From IMG/VR virus record IMGVR_UViG_3300021956_000012: DNA of 64,000 nt, one strand, 5' to 3'. Of this stretch, positions 45,307-53,158 are shown piece by piece. The DNA is from a virus. Positions within the stretch are counted from its first letter, which is position 1, and each line of letters begins with the position of its first letter. The notes below the pieces were generated by a model. That model worked only from the letters and a program-made list of their open reading frames with translations. It did no database searches and was not told the origin of the DNA. Made by a program: the position numbers and the translations under genes.

Positions 45307-45385
45307 GTTATCCCTAACATATCCACTAACATAAATAGGCAGGTTCAGTGGATAATGAACTTTTCGGGAGCTACCCTAGCCAATT
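45305..45385 (-). ncRNA. Structured pseudoknotted leader of HNH gene
   Basis: ggctagggtagctcccgaaaag, then hairpin gttca/tgaac whose loop pairs with agtggata; hairpin over RBS/AUG. Confidence 0.5.
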
Positions 45386-45391
45386 TACTTA

Positions 45392-45790
45392 TTACTTCTG
45401 TTGCTGATTTCTTTTTTCGGCCTCTTTAGCTTCTTTAGCATAAGCCAGTAAAGCCTCGTTGTCAAAACGCTTTATGATATTAACTTCCCACTCTTCTGGT
45501 TGGGTATCGATTAAATCAAAATAAGCTTTTATTTCTACATAAGAAATCGGATTAATACCAAAACCACTCGAACCTCGTGCATTATGTAGGTCAATAAACC
45601 ATTTCCACACGTAAACACAACTCTCAGGTAGTTCTAATAAGTCTTCTAATTCTTTAGGCTTATGCCCTGTTTGCCTCCATACAGACTGCAGTTGATCACG
45701 CAATGTTGACCCATCTTTAGATTTCCTACCAAAGTTGAACTCTTGTTTTGCATAAGCAACTGCTTCATCTAGTTCACTTGGGGCGAAAAT
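45392..45790 (-). CDS. Tail assembly chaperone C-terminal extension (gpT-like, +1 frameshift product)
   Basis: Frame is open from about 45790 (IFAPSELDEAVAYAKQEF...TLRDQL) and overlaps the end of the gpG-like gene; no RBS. Confidence 0.65.
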   Translation of the reverse strand: MFAPSELDEAVAYAKQEFNFGRKSKDGSTLRDQLQSVWRQTGHKPKELEDLLELPESCVYVWKWFIDLHNARGSSGFGINPISYVEIKAYFDLIDTQPEEWEVNIIKRFDNEALLAYAKEAKEAEKRNQQQK

Positions 45791-46187
45791 TCAAGAGTTG
45801 ACCAGATTCCTCCGTTACCGCTTCACGAATCCAAGGGTGTTCTTTGAAGATACGTTCTGCATTTTCTTTACTGAAAGGCACATCTTTACCGTTCTCGGCA
45901 ATACCTTTCCAATCGATAACACGAACGATAGCTGATTCAATCGCTAATTCTTCGGCTTCGTCTAGCGTCATGTCCTCGGCTTCTTTACCACGGCGTTTCG
46001 CTTGTTGTTCTTTTAGTTTAAACTCTGCATACTTCTTACGAGCATAGGCTTTAACGGTCTTAGATTGATCACCACGGATGGTAATAAAAGCACCAGTGCC
46101 TTCGCCAGTACCGGGAAGCTTTAGTTCGAATTCGTAACCGGCTTCTGCAGACTCTGCAAAATTGTTTTTACTTAGGTCAAATGACAT
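45774..46187 (-). CDS. Tail assembly chaperone (gpG-like)
   Basis: Between tail tube and TMP; AAAGGA RBS. Confidence 0.75.
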   Translation of the reverse strand: MSFDLSKNNFAESAEAGYEFELKLPGTGEGTGAFITIRGDQSKTVKAYARKKYAEFKLKEQQAKRRGKEAEDMTLDEAEELAIESAIVRVIDWKGIAENGKDVPFSKENAERIFKEHPWIREAVTEESGQLLNFRPK

Positions 46188-46241
46188 AATATTTCCTTTC
46201 AATGTTATGAAAAATGGGATTTATCCCGCTATTGAATTACA

Positions 46242-46270
46242 ATTATAGCATATTATTCTAAGAAAATCAA
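46242..46270 (-). promoter_or_regulatory. Late (cTTGATT class) promoter
   Basis: TTGATT-17-TATAAT with TG. Confidence 0.75.
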
Positions 46271-46288
46271 GATGTTAAATACAAATAA

Positions 46289-46316
46289 AAAAGCCCCCAG
46301 CGTTAACTGGAGGCCT
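46289..46316 (-). terminator. Terminator after tail tube gene
   Basis: ggcctccag-ttaacg-ctgggggct followed by tttttattt. Confidence 0.7.
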
Positions 46317-46331
46317 TATCTTCAATAACTA

Positions 46332-47540
46332 TTAAGCTAGAGAATCTTGGATTTGAATTGTAGTTGCTGGTAGACCGGCAGTTGTTACATCGTTCAATAG
46401 AGCTTGGAAGCTAGTAGAAGCTACAGCACCTAGTTCACCATCATCTACGTTGAAGCTAGATAGCTTAACTTTTGGTAGGGTGAATGTAACGAACTCAGAG
46501 GTTGCAGTTGAGTTTGAAGTCAAAGCAAGTACTAGAGATACTGGAGTTTCTGTATCAAAGTAGCCACGGAAAGTAGCATCTTGGAAGTAAACACTCATAT
46601 TACCAGTAACACGGATACGACCAGTGAAAATGTCAGCAACAGAGTTAGAACCAACAGCAGTAGCATTCTCAGAAGCACGTTCAATAGTGAAGTCTGCAGA
46701 AGTTACTAGAGCAACTGGATTACCTTGTACAAGCATTACACCGTTTACAGCAGCAAAAATACCGTTAGTACTTTGAGCAGCAGGTGATGTGTAGTATTGT
46801 GTAGTACCAGTTAGGCCAAGGTCTTTACCCATGAAGCCAATGTCAATAGTTGATAGACCAGTCGCAGGAAGTTGAACAGCTACGCTATTAACTTTCATAC
46901 CAGTGTAAACTTCTGACTGAGCGATATCAGCATACCATTCTTCGATAGAATAGGATTGGTCTGTGTGACCTGTTAATGGAACAGCAGTAGACTTACCAAC
47001 AGCAGTTACAGTGCAACCAGCGATTGGGCCTTCAGCGACCATTGTAGAACCGTTTACAACAGCAACTGTTAGGACAGTGGCAGTCATAGAAGCGATCAAT
47101 AGGTTTTTGTTGATGTTAGCAGCGTTTAGAGTACCTACGCTTAAACGAACAACCATACCAACTTGGAAACCGTCAGTAATGTATGAACCAGCAGCACGAG
47201 TTACAGTGTATAATGTACCAGAAGCAGCGATAGTTACTGAAACAGTCACAGCGGAAGGTGCAGTTGCGAAGTCCTTACCAACGATAGAACCCATGAAATC
47301 AGAGTAGGTTGCAGGAGATAGTTCACCATTTAGAGTACCAGCTGCACTACGTACACCGTGACGGAAGTCCGCTACTTGACGGTCTGTACGAATTTCATTT
47401 GATTCGTAGGTTTCTTTATTGAGGTTGAAACTAGCAGTAACTCTGCGAAGTAATTTACCACCGGATGCACCAGCAATAGTACCCCAAGTAGTTTCTTTTT
47501 TGTAGCCAACTTGTTTAGCTGTGCCTTTTGCGATTGCCAT
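46332..47540 (-). CDS. Major tail (tube) protein with internal ubiquitin-activating-FCCH/Ig-like insert region
   Basis: MAIAKG...KETTWG...SNEIRTDRQ...TFTLPKVK siphovirus tube pattern; Ala/Thr/Val-rich insert. Confidence 0.8.
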   Translation of the reverse strand: MAIAKGTAKQVGYKKETTWGTIAGASGGKLLRRVTASFNLNKETYESNEIRTDRQVADFRHGVRSAAGTLNGELSPATYSDFMGSIVGKDFATAPSAVTVSVTIAASGTLYTVTRAAGSYITDGFQVGMVVRLSVGTLNAANINKNLLIASMTATVLTVAVVNGSTMVAEGPIAGCTVTAVGKSTAVPLTGHTDQSYSIEEWYADIAQSEVYTGMKVNSVAVQLPATGLSTIDIGFMGKDLGLTGTTQYYTSPAAQSTNGIFAAVNGVMLVQGNPVALVTSADFTIERASENATAVGSNSVADIFTGRIRVTGNMSVYFQDATFRGYFDTETPVSLVLALTSNSTATSEFVTFTLPKVKLSSFNVDDGELGAVASTSFQALLNDVTTAGLPATTIQIQDSLA

Positions 47541-47605
47541 ATATATTTCTCCAATTAATTCATTTTGCAAAATGACTGATTTAAAGGTATCAGAAAACCC
47601 GTTGA

Positions 47606-48013
47606 TTAGTTAGAATAAACTTCTGCAACTAATTCGATTAACACAGGGCAAATAACCCGATCTGAAACTACTGAATTACCAGCAATCTGAGGTGTGCTAA
47701 GTACATGAATTCTTACGTTACCTTCTAGCGCCGTAAAGCCTTTGCTAAAATGCTCTCGAATTAATTCTGCACGATTAATTACTTCTGCAGTTCCTTTGTT
47801 TGTAGCTCCTACAATAAAGACTTGCATTGTAATATTTTCTCTATGAAACCCTCTACCTAATACTGGATCAGTGGGCCTTTGAATCATAAACTGAACTCTC
47901 TGGTATAGATCAGATGGAGGCGTAAAACTAACACCTTCCCATGCTGTAGATACAACAGGAGTTAAATTCTTTAAGTGCCTTTCAGCAGCTCTTTTAACTT
48001 CTATAATTGCCAT
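47606..48013 (-). CDS. Tail terminator-like protein
   Basis: Synteny and size. Confidence 0.6.
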   Translation of the reverse strand: MAIIEVKRAAERHLKNLTPVVSTAWEGVSFTPPSDLYQRVQFMIQRPTDPVLGRGFHRENITMQVFIVGATNKGTAEVINRAELIREHFSKGFTALEGNVRIHVLSTPQIAGNSVVSDRVICPVLIELVAEVYSN

Positions 48014-48025
48014 TAGCTTGCCTTA

Positions 48026-48553
48026 TTAAAAACCATCTGCACGTTTCATCACATAGTAGTCGTCCAAACGATACTGATAGATGTTCATAATAGCATCCAA
48101 CGTAGGTGGCAGTACACCTTGACCTTGCGTTTGTTTACTTGCTCTGTCTGATGGATTATTGATATTACGAATATAAGGGCCAAAGTTACTGATCATGACA
48201 GTATCACCTAACTTGTAGGAACTCATTTCAGCTCTGGATAAATCACCGGCTGTTTCTCCAGCAGCGACTCCGTATAATTCTTGCATCTCTAATGTACCAT
48301 CGAGAGATACACGCCAAGAGCCTTTAGCAAAACCGGGAATAGGCTGTAATCCGTAAGATTGCCATTGTGAGTCTGTTTGACGTTTTAAATACAAATCTAA
48401 ATTAGCCTCTAAACTACCAATTGGAGTATTATCGATTGCTTTGCTTACTATTGAAAACGTAAATCTTTTTACCATGCCTTCAAGTTTCTTGATGGCCTCT
48501 TCGTGGAACTTCTTTAATTGTTGTTCTAATTTGGAAGTATCGCACTTGATCAT
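48026..48553 (-). CDS. Neck protein (HK97 gp10-like)
   Basis: TP...G.AKGSW.VS...ISNFGPYI pattern. Confidence 0.6.
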   Translation of the reverse strand: MIKCDTSKLEQQLKKFHEEAIKKLEGMVKRFTFSIVSKAIDNTPIGSLEANLDLYLKRQTDSQWQSYGLQPIPGFAKGSWRVSLDGTLEMQELYGVAAGETAGDLSRAEMSSYKLGDTVMISNFGPYIRNINNPSDRASKQTQGQGVLPPTLDAIMNIYQYRLDDYYVMKRADGF

Positions 48554-48555
48554 GA

Positions 48556-48912
48556 TTAACCCTTAATTGCAATAATACGATACAATGCAAGTTCGTGTTG
48601 TGCTCTGTGCTCTACAATAGAGTTGATAACGAATGTCTCAGAGTTAACTGTAATCTTGTCGTTGACAGAGGGAACAAAAGCGATATCAGTGTTAACTAGA
48701 TAGAACATTGCAGACGTTCTGCCAACCAAGTTAGGATAGTTATACTGAGTTGCATTAATATGCTTTTTGTACATCTTAACTGTATATGCAGTTTCTGTAT
48801 TAATAGTTTGACCAGTTTCTACATCGTACTCGCCTTCAGTGACTACAGAGTAAACCATAGACTCACCGTGAGCTTCAATCAATCGTTTGCTTGAGATTAA
48901 GAATTGATTCAT
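48556..48912 (-). CDS. Head closure protein
   Basis: GEYDVETG motif and synteny. Confidence 0.6.
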   Translation of the reverse strand: MNQFLISSKRLIEAHGESMVYSVVTEGEYDVETGQTINTETAYTVKMYKKHINATQYNYPNLVGRTSAMFYLVNTDIAFVPSVNDKITVNSETFVINSIVEHRAQHELALYRIIAIKG

Positions 48913-48920
48913 CTAGTACC

Positions 48921-49322
48921 TCAAATTCCGAAAAAGCTAGTTGGAAAACTTGGGGAAGTAGAAGGTTGTACAATAACGTTATTATCTGTTGCAGCATCAT
49001 TTGCTCGCATGTCACTAATACTGACACCACCGGCATAACCTTGCAGGTTTTGTAAGTTCTGATTTAGATCAGGATTTTTAATGTACATCTGTAAAGCTTG
49101 CATGTATTGCTTTGCTGTACCAGTTCCTTTTACACTAAAAATATCAACTGATTCGTCTGAACGCATTGATAGTTTTAGGAGAATACTTTTAGCAGCATCT
49201 AAGGCAGCTCTACGAATAGACCAATCATTTTTGTCTAAGAAGTAGCGATATTCTGTATCTGACATGATAGGCAAAGTAACATCAGTGTCACCTAGTTCCA
49301 TACGAAGTGCGTGAATTGTCAT
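48921..49322 (-). CDS. Head-tail adaptor
   Basis: LRMELGDTD...SDTEY pattern after MCP. Confidence 0.6.
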   Translation of the reverse strand: MTIHALRMELGDTDVTLPIMSDTEYRYFLDKNDWSIRRAALDAAKSILLKLSMRSDESVDIFSVKGTGTAKQYMQALQMYIKNPDLNQNLQNLQGYAGGVSISDMRANDAATDNNVIVQPSTSPSFPTSFFGI

Positions 49323-49403
49323 AATGTTTCCTTTGTTTATATTCCTAACATAAGAACTGAATCTAACATTCGGTATGTTACAATGCAATGCTTATGTTAG
49401 AAA

Positions 49404-49420
49404 GCCCCCGTGAGGGGGGC
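49404..49420 (-). terminator. Terminator after major capsid gene
   Basis: gcccccc-tcac-gggggc followed by tttct. Confidence 0.65.
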
Positions 49421-49431
49421 AATCTCAACTA

Positions 49432-50448
49432 TCAGTTAGAAGTTGTTAGCTTGACTAGAGCGCCGGGACGACGAACTAGGTTCAAGAAGTTAGACTCAGT
49501 TTCAATAGTGATTTCTGAATCCTTAGGATCACGGTATGTGAATGCATAAGCAGTTTCACCTAGAGTGTTAACGTGTGTGAACTTGTTAGCAGGTGAGAAG
49601 TAGCTGATGAACATATCGTTAGTGCCTGTAGGTAGCATGTAAGCTTCGCCAGCAGGGATTAGAGCTGTACCGTTGTAGCTGCCACGATATTCGATGTAGG
49701 TAACACCACCGTGTACGAAACGACGATATACGCCTGAACCTAGACGGTTACGTAGAGGCTCTTGGGTACTGGTGTAGTACTTGTAAGCTTCTTTAACAGA
49801 TGCGTGGCTGATTAGCTTGCCGAAGAAAGCTGGTGAGCAGAGAACGATGATTTCGTTAACTACTTCGCCACTTAGGATGTTGTCCTGAATGTGAGCAATA
49901 CCTTCTTCAGACTTAGCTGTTAGGTCAGTTGTGCTGGTGCCTAGAACGAAGTCGATAGACTTGCGGGTTACGCCAAAGTCAGTGTAGAAGTTACCAGCTA
50001 CAGTGCCGTTAGGAGCGTAGATAGCGCCAGTTGTAAGGGCATAAGCACGAGCAGCTTCTAGAGTTACAGCGTGGTTCATGCGGATACGCTCTAGCTTACG
50101 AGCGATAACAGCAGCCTCAGTTTCAGCCATGTCAGCAGAACCGTAGGCACGTTTGCCTTGAATGTCCTGTGGCTTGATAGCGTCATCTAGAGGGAAGTGG
50201 GGGATAGCGAATGAACGTAGGTTACGTGTGTCGTCCTTGTTCATAGTGTTACGAGCGCCACGAACTTGGTCAGTTACTAGACCTAGTGTGCCTTCGCTGG
50301 CTTCAACGGTAACAGAATGCTGGGATACAGATTCGTCACGGAAGATGCCGAGTTCATTGATTAGACCCCATTTATTAGGAACTAAAAGTAGTTCTTGTGT
50401 ATAATCAACGAGTTCAAATGGTTTTTCAAAGCTACGTACTTGTGCCAT
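49432..50448 (-). CDS. Major capsid protein (lambda gpE-like family)
   Basis: Size, synteny, strong codon bias; TLE...RP.ALVKLT C-terminus. Confidence 0.88.
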   Translation of the reverse strand: MAQVRSFEKPFELVDYTQELLLVPNKWGLINELGIFRDESVSQHSVTVEASEGTLGLVTDQVRGARNTMNKDDTRNLRSFAIPHFPLDDAIKPQDIQGKRAYGSADMAETEAAVIARKLERIRMNHAVTLEAARAYALTTGAIYAPNGTVAGNFYTDFGVTRKSIDFVLGTSTTDLTAKSEEGIAHIQDNILSGEVVNEIIVLCSPAFFGKLISHASVKEAYKYYTSTQEPLRNRLGSGVYRRFVHGGVTYIEYRGSYNGTALIPAGEAYMLPTGTNDMFISYFSPANKFTHVNTLGETAYAFTYRDPKDSEITIETESNFLNLVRRPGALVKLTTSN

Positions 50449-50485
50449 GTTATATATTCCTTATAAGTTGTTAGATAAATGCAGA

Positions 50486-50821
50486 TTAGACTGCATCGTT
50501 AACTGCGATACCCTTGGCTTCTAGAGCAGCGTATACATCAGCAGCTACGCAAGCACCTAGAACAATACCGCCCTTAGATACGATAGCTGGGCCTTTTACG
50601 AGGGCTAGAACTTTAACGTTAGTGCCGCTTGCTTCTTGCATAGCGATACCAACTACATCAGCAGCTACAGCAGCAACGCCATCAGCATCTAATAGAGTAC
50701 CGGGAACAATGTCTGTACCTGTAACAGTTAGAACTGCACGGGTATAGCCACTTTCAGGCCATAGTTCTTGTTTAACAACGTTAGAAAGACGTTTTGCTTC
50801 TGTTGCAAATGGATTTGCCAT
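50486..50821 (-). CDS. Head decoration protein
   Basis: Small Ala/Val-rich gene immediately upstream of MCP. Confidence 0.7.
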   Translation of the reverse strand: MANPFATEAKRLSNVVKQELWPESGYTRAVLTVTGTDIVPGTLLDADGVAAVAADVVGIAMQEASGTNVKVLALVKGPAIVSKGGIVLGACVAADVYAALEAKGIAVNDAV

Positions 50822-50844
50822 AATTATTTCTCCAATTAATAAAA

Positions 50845-51819
50845 TTATTTAGTGAGCTTGGCTTTTAATACTTTTGCCACAGCGGATTCTTGAATAACAG
50901 GTTCTTCTTGAGTAGAAGCACCTTGCTCGTTAAATAGAGCAGATTCCTCAACTGACTTTTGAATGTCAGCTAGAGTCTTTACAACTGCTTGGAAGTCTTC
51001 GTCAGAAGCGTCCTTAACAGCTTTAAATAGGGTTTCAGCTTTAGCTTCGTCTTTGATTGCTTCTACTAGTTCGCTCTTACGGGCTTTTTCTACAGCAGCT
51101 TTCTTCTCGGCTTCAAACTGAGCAATTGTTTCCATAGCTTTTTCGAGCTGTACTTTTTGCTCTTCAAGAGCTTTTTGTACTAATTCGAATTGAGCTTTTT
51201 CAACGGTTTCGACTTTTAGGTCTTCATCCATGTTAGATTTCTCCAATTCTACGTTTACAACAGAGGTGGATACCTCTTCTTTAATAACCTCGCATGCGGG
51301 TGAGGTATCGCCAACCTGTGCAGTAGCATCGGTTGTAGATTCGTTAGCTTTATTAAATGCCTTCTCAATTAGAGCTTGGTCATTTAGCATTGCTAGATAT
51401 TCGGTTTCATCTAATTCGGAAAGAACTTCAGCTAGGCTTTCAGCTTCGTGAGCAGACTTGAGGATTTCAAAAGCTTCCATACGAGCTTTAATCCAGTCTT
51501 GAACTTCAGCTTGAGCTTCTTCGTTTTCCATTGCTTGTGTGTCTGCAGGTTCAACATAACCCATCATAGTTGCTAGTACTTTAGCATCTTCAGACCACAT
51601 ACCAAAGAACTTAGATAGAAAGTCCGGTAGTTCCATAGTGACTCGAACTTGTTGCATTTTTTGTACAAATTCTTCACTAAACTTATTTGCCTTCAGAACT
51701 AAGGCATAATCGTGACCATTAGCAGGACCGCCTTGTTCTTTAGATGTTAACGCTACGTGAGCGCCTTCTTTCTCAAATGAAATATCTGAGAGTTTTCTTT
51801 TTGCTTTACGTGTAGCCAT
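50845..51819 (-). CDS. Scaffolding protein
   Basis: Acidic coiled coil between protease and decoration genes. Confidence 0.6.
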   Translation of the reverse strand: MATRKAKRKLSDISFEKEGAHVALTSKEQGGPANGHDYALVLKANKFSEEFVQKMQQVRVTMELPDFLSKFFGMWSEDAKVLATMMGYVEPADTQAMENEEAQAEVQDWIKARMEAFEILKSAHEAESLAEVLSELDETEYLAMLNDQALIEKAFNKANESTTDATAQVGDTSPACEVIKEEVSTSVVNVELEKSNMDEDLKVETVEKAQFELVQKALEEQKVQLEKAMETIAQFEAEKKAAVEKARKSELVEAIKDEAKAETLFKAVKDASDEDFQAVVKTLADIQKSVEESALFNEQGASTQEEPVIQESAVAKVLKAKLTK

Positions 51820-52613
51820 TAATCTTCCTCTTCAATTGTTTCTACTGCAGCTAATGCTCCAATACTTAGACCGTTAATATCTCCTGATTTAATCAGTGCC
51901 CATAAACTATCATCTAAACATTGTACTGTAGCTACCCAAGTACCTTTCTTGACGAATTTATCACCAAGGACAAAATCGGAAGGGCACACATAACTTTCAC
52001 AGAATTCAAAAGTATTTGTCTCAACTAAGTGAAACAGATTAGCTTTCATACTATACTTATTAAAGTTGTGACAAGCTTTACGAACTTCTTGTTCTGTAGT
52101 AATATCACCGTGAAGATCAACTTCATCAGGAGCCATTACGATAAACGTAGCTTGCTTTAATTCTTCATCGGTAGCTTTTGTAATTGGCATTTTCACACCA
52201 AGTAGACTATCTTCAGAATTTAATTCATCTTCTGTAATCTCTTTAATGTAAGACTTCAGAATCTGCTGTTCACGTAAAATACTACGTGCCCATGCTAGAC
52301 CAGAAGAACCACCCCAAAGTAACCATGCGATAGTACCAGCAGTCGGACCACCATCGGGCATCTTCTTTTTAGGTGCATAGTTCTTTTCGTGTCTGCTAAA
52401 GAAAGCATACATGCGTTTGACTGTATCTAGGGAAAGGCTACCATTGATGATGTCTCTTGCTCTGGCAACACCAGAACCAACACCTTCAGACTTAGCTTGG
52501 GAGGCATCTAAACCACCCCTATTCCACTTCTCACGTAAGGCTAAACCTCTACGAGCATTGTTACGCATAGCTTCTGTAGGAGCGTAGCTATTAGCTTTAT
52601 TTAATTGTACCAT
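51819..52613 (-). CDS. Prohead serine protease (XkdF-like) with extra N-terminal domain
   Basis: VMAPDEVDLHGD...ANLFH...KGTW...INGLSIG. Confidence 0.75.
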   Translation of the reverse strand: MVQLNKANSYAPTEAMRNNARRGLALREKWNRGGLDASQAKSEGVGSGVARARDIINGSLSLDTVKRMYAFFSRHEKNYAPKKKMPDGGPTAGTIAWLLWGGSSGLAWARSILREQQILKSYIKEITEDELNSEDSLLGVKMPITKATDEELKQATFIVMAPDEVDLHGDITTEQEVRKACHNFNKYSMKANLFHLVETNTFEFCESYVCPSDFVLGDKFVKKGTWVATVQCLDDSLWALIKSGDINGLSIGALAAVETIEEED

Positions 52614-52645
52614 TAGCTCTCCATTAAAATGCATATTTAAACATA

Positions 52646-52674
52646 ATTATACCATATTTTTGTAGGAAAATCAA
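52646..52674 (-). promoter_or_regulatory. Late (cTTGATT class) promoter of capsid operon
   Basis: TTGATT-17-TATAAT. Confidence 0.75.
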
Positions 52675-52708
52675 GTGAAATTATTAGTTCCACCTGATTT
52701 CTTTACTA

Positions 52709-53149
52709 TTAAGGCTTAATAGGCCATAAAATATTGAAAGGAAATCCTTCCTGAGTGCTAATATCTCGAAGAGATTGTCTATAGATAGCCCAAACCTCTT
52801 TATCCACAGGTGAGTCTGATAGTTGAGTCCAATCGGTTTCAGAGAGTAATTCGTTACGTGTCTGTCTTACTTGATTAGATACTTCCTGAATAATTATCTG
52901 AAACTCTTCTGGACTTTTCTTTTGAAACTCATAGTCCAATTTCCAAGTATTATTTACTAGAATAGGCTCATCTTTTCTAATAATATTTTCATCGATATTT
53001 GGAATGAGAGGTGGGTTGTTCATTTCAACCATCACAACACCATCTGGTAAATTAGATGAAGTAATGACAGAAGGAAATGAAATATTTGGGTAATCTTTTT
53101 TCAAATCAACCCATCGAATAAACTTGTTGTTTTCAATATATGCGTACAT
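52709..53149 (-). CDS. Fibre assembly chaperone
   Basis: VRQTRNELLSETDWTQLSD...YRQSLRDI...WP. Confidence 0.75.
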   Translation of the reverse strand: MYAYIENNKFIRWVDLKKDYPNISFPSVITSSNLPDGVVMVEMNNPPLIPNIDENIIRKDEPILVNNTWKLDYEFQKKSPEEFQIIIQEVSNQVRQTRNELLSETDWTQLSDSPVDKEVWAIYRQSLRDISTQEGFPFNILWPIKP

Positions 53150-53158
53150 ATGTTCCTT

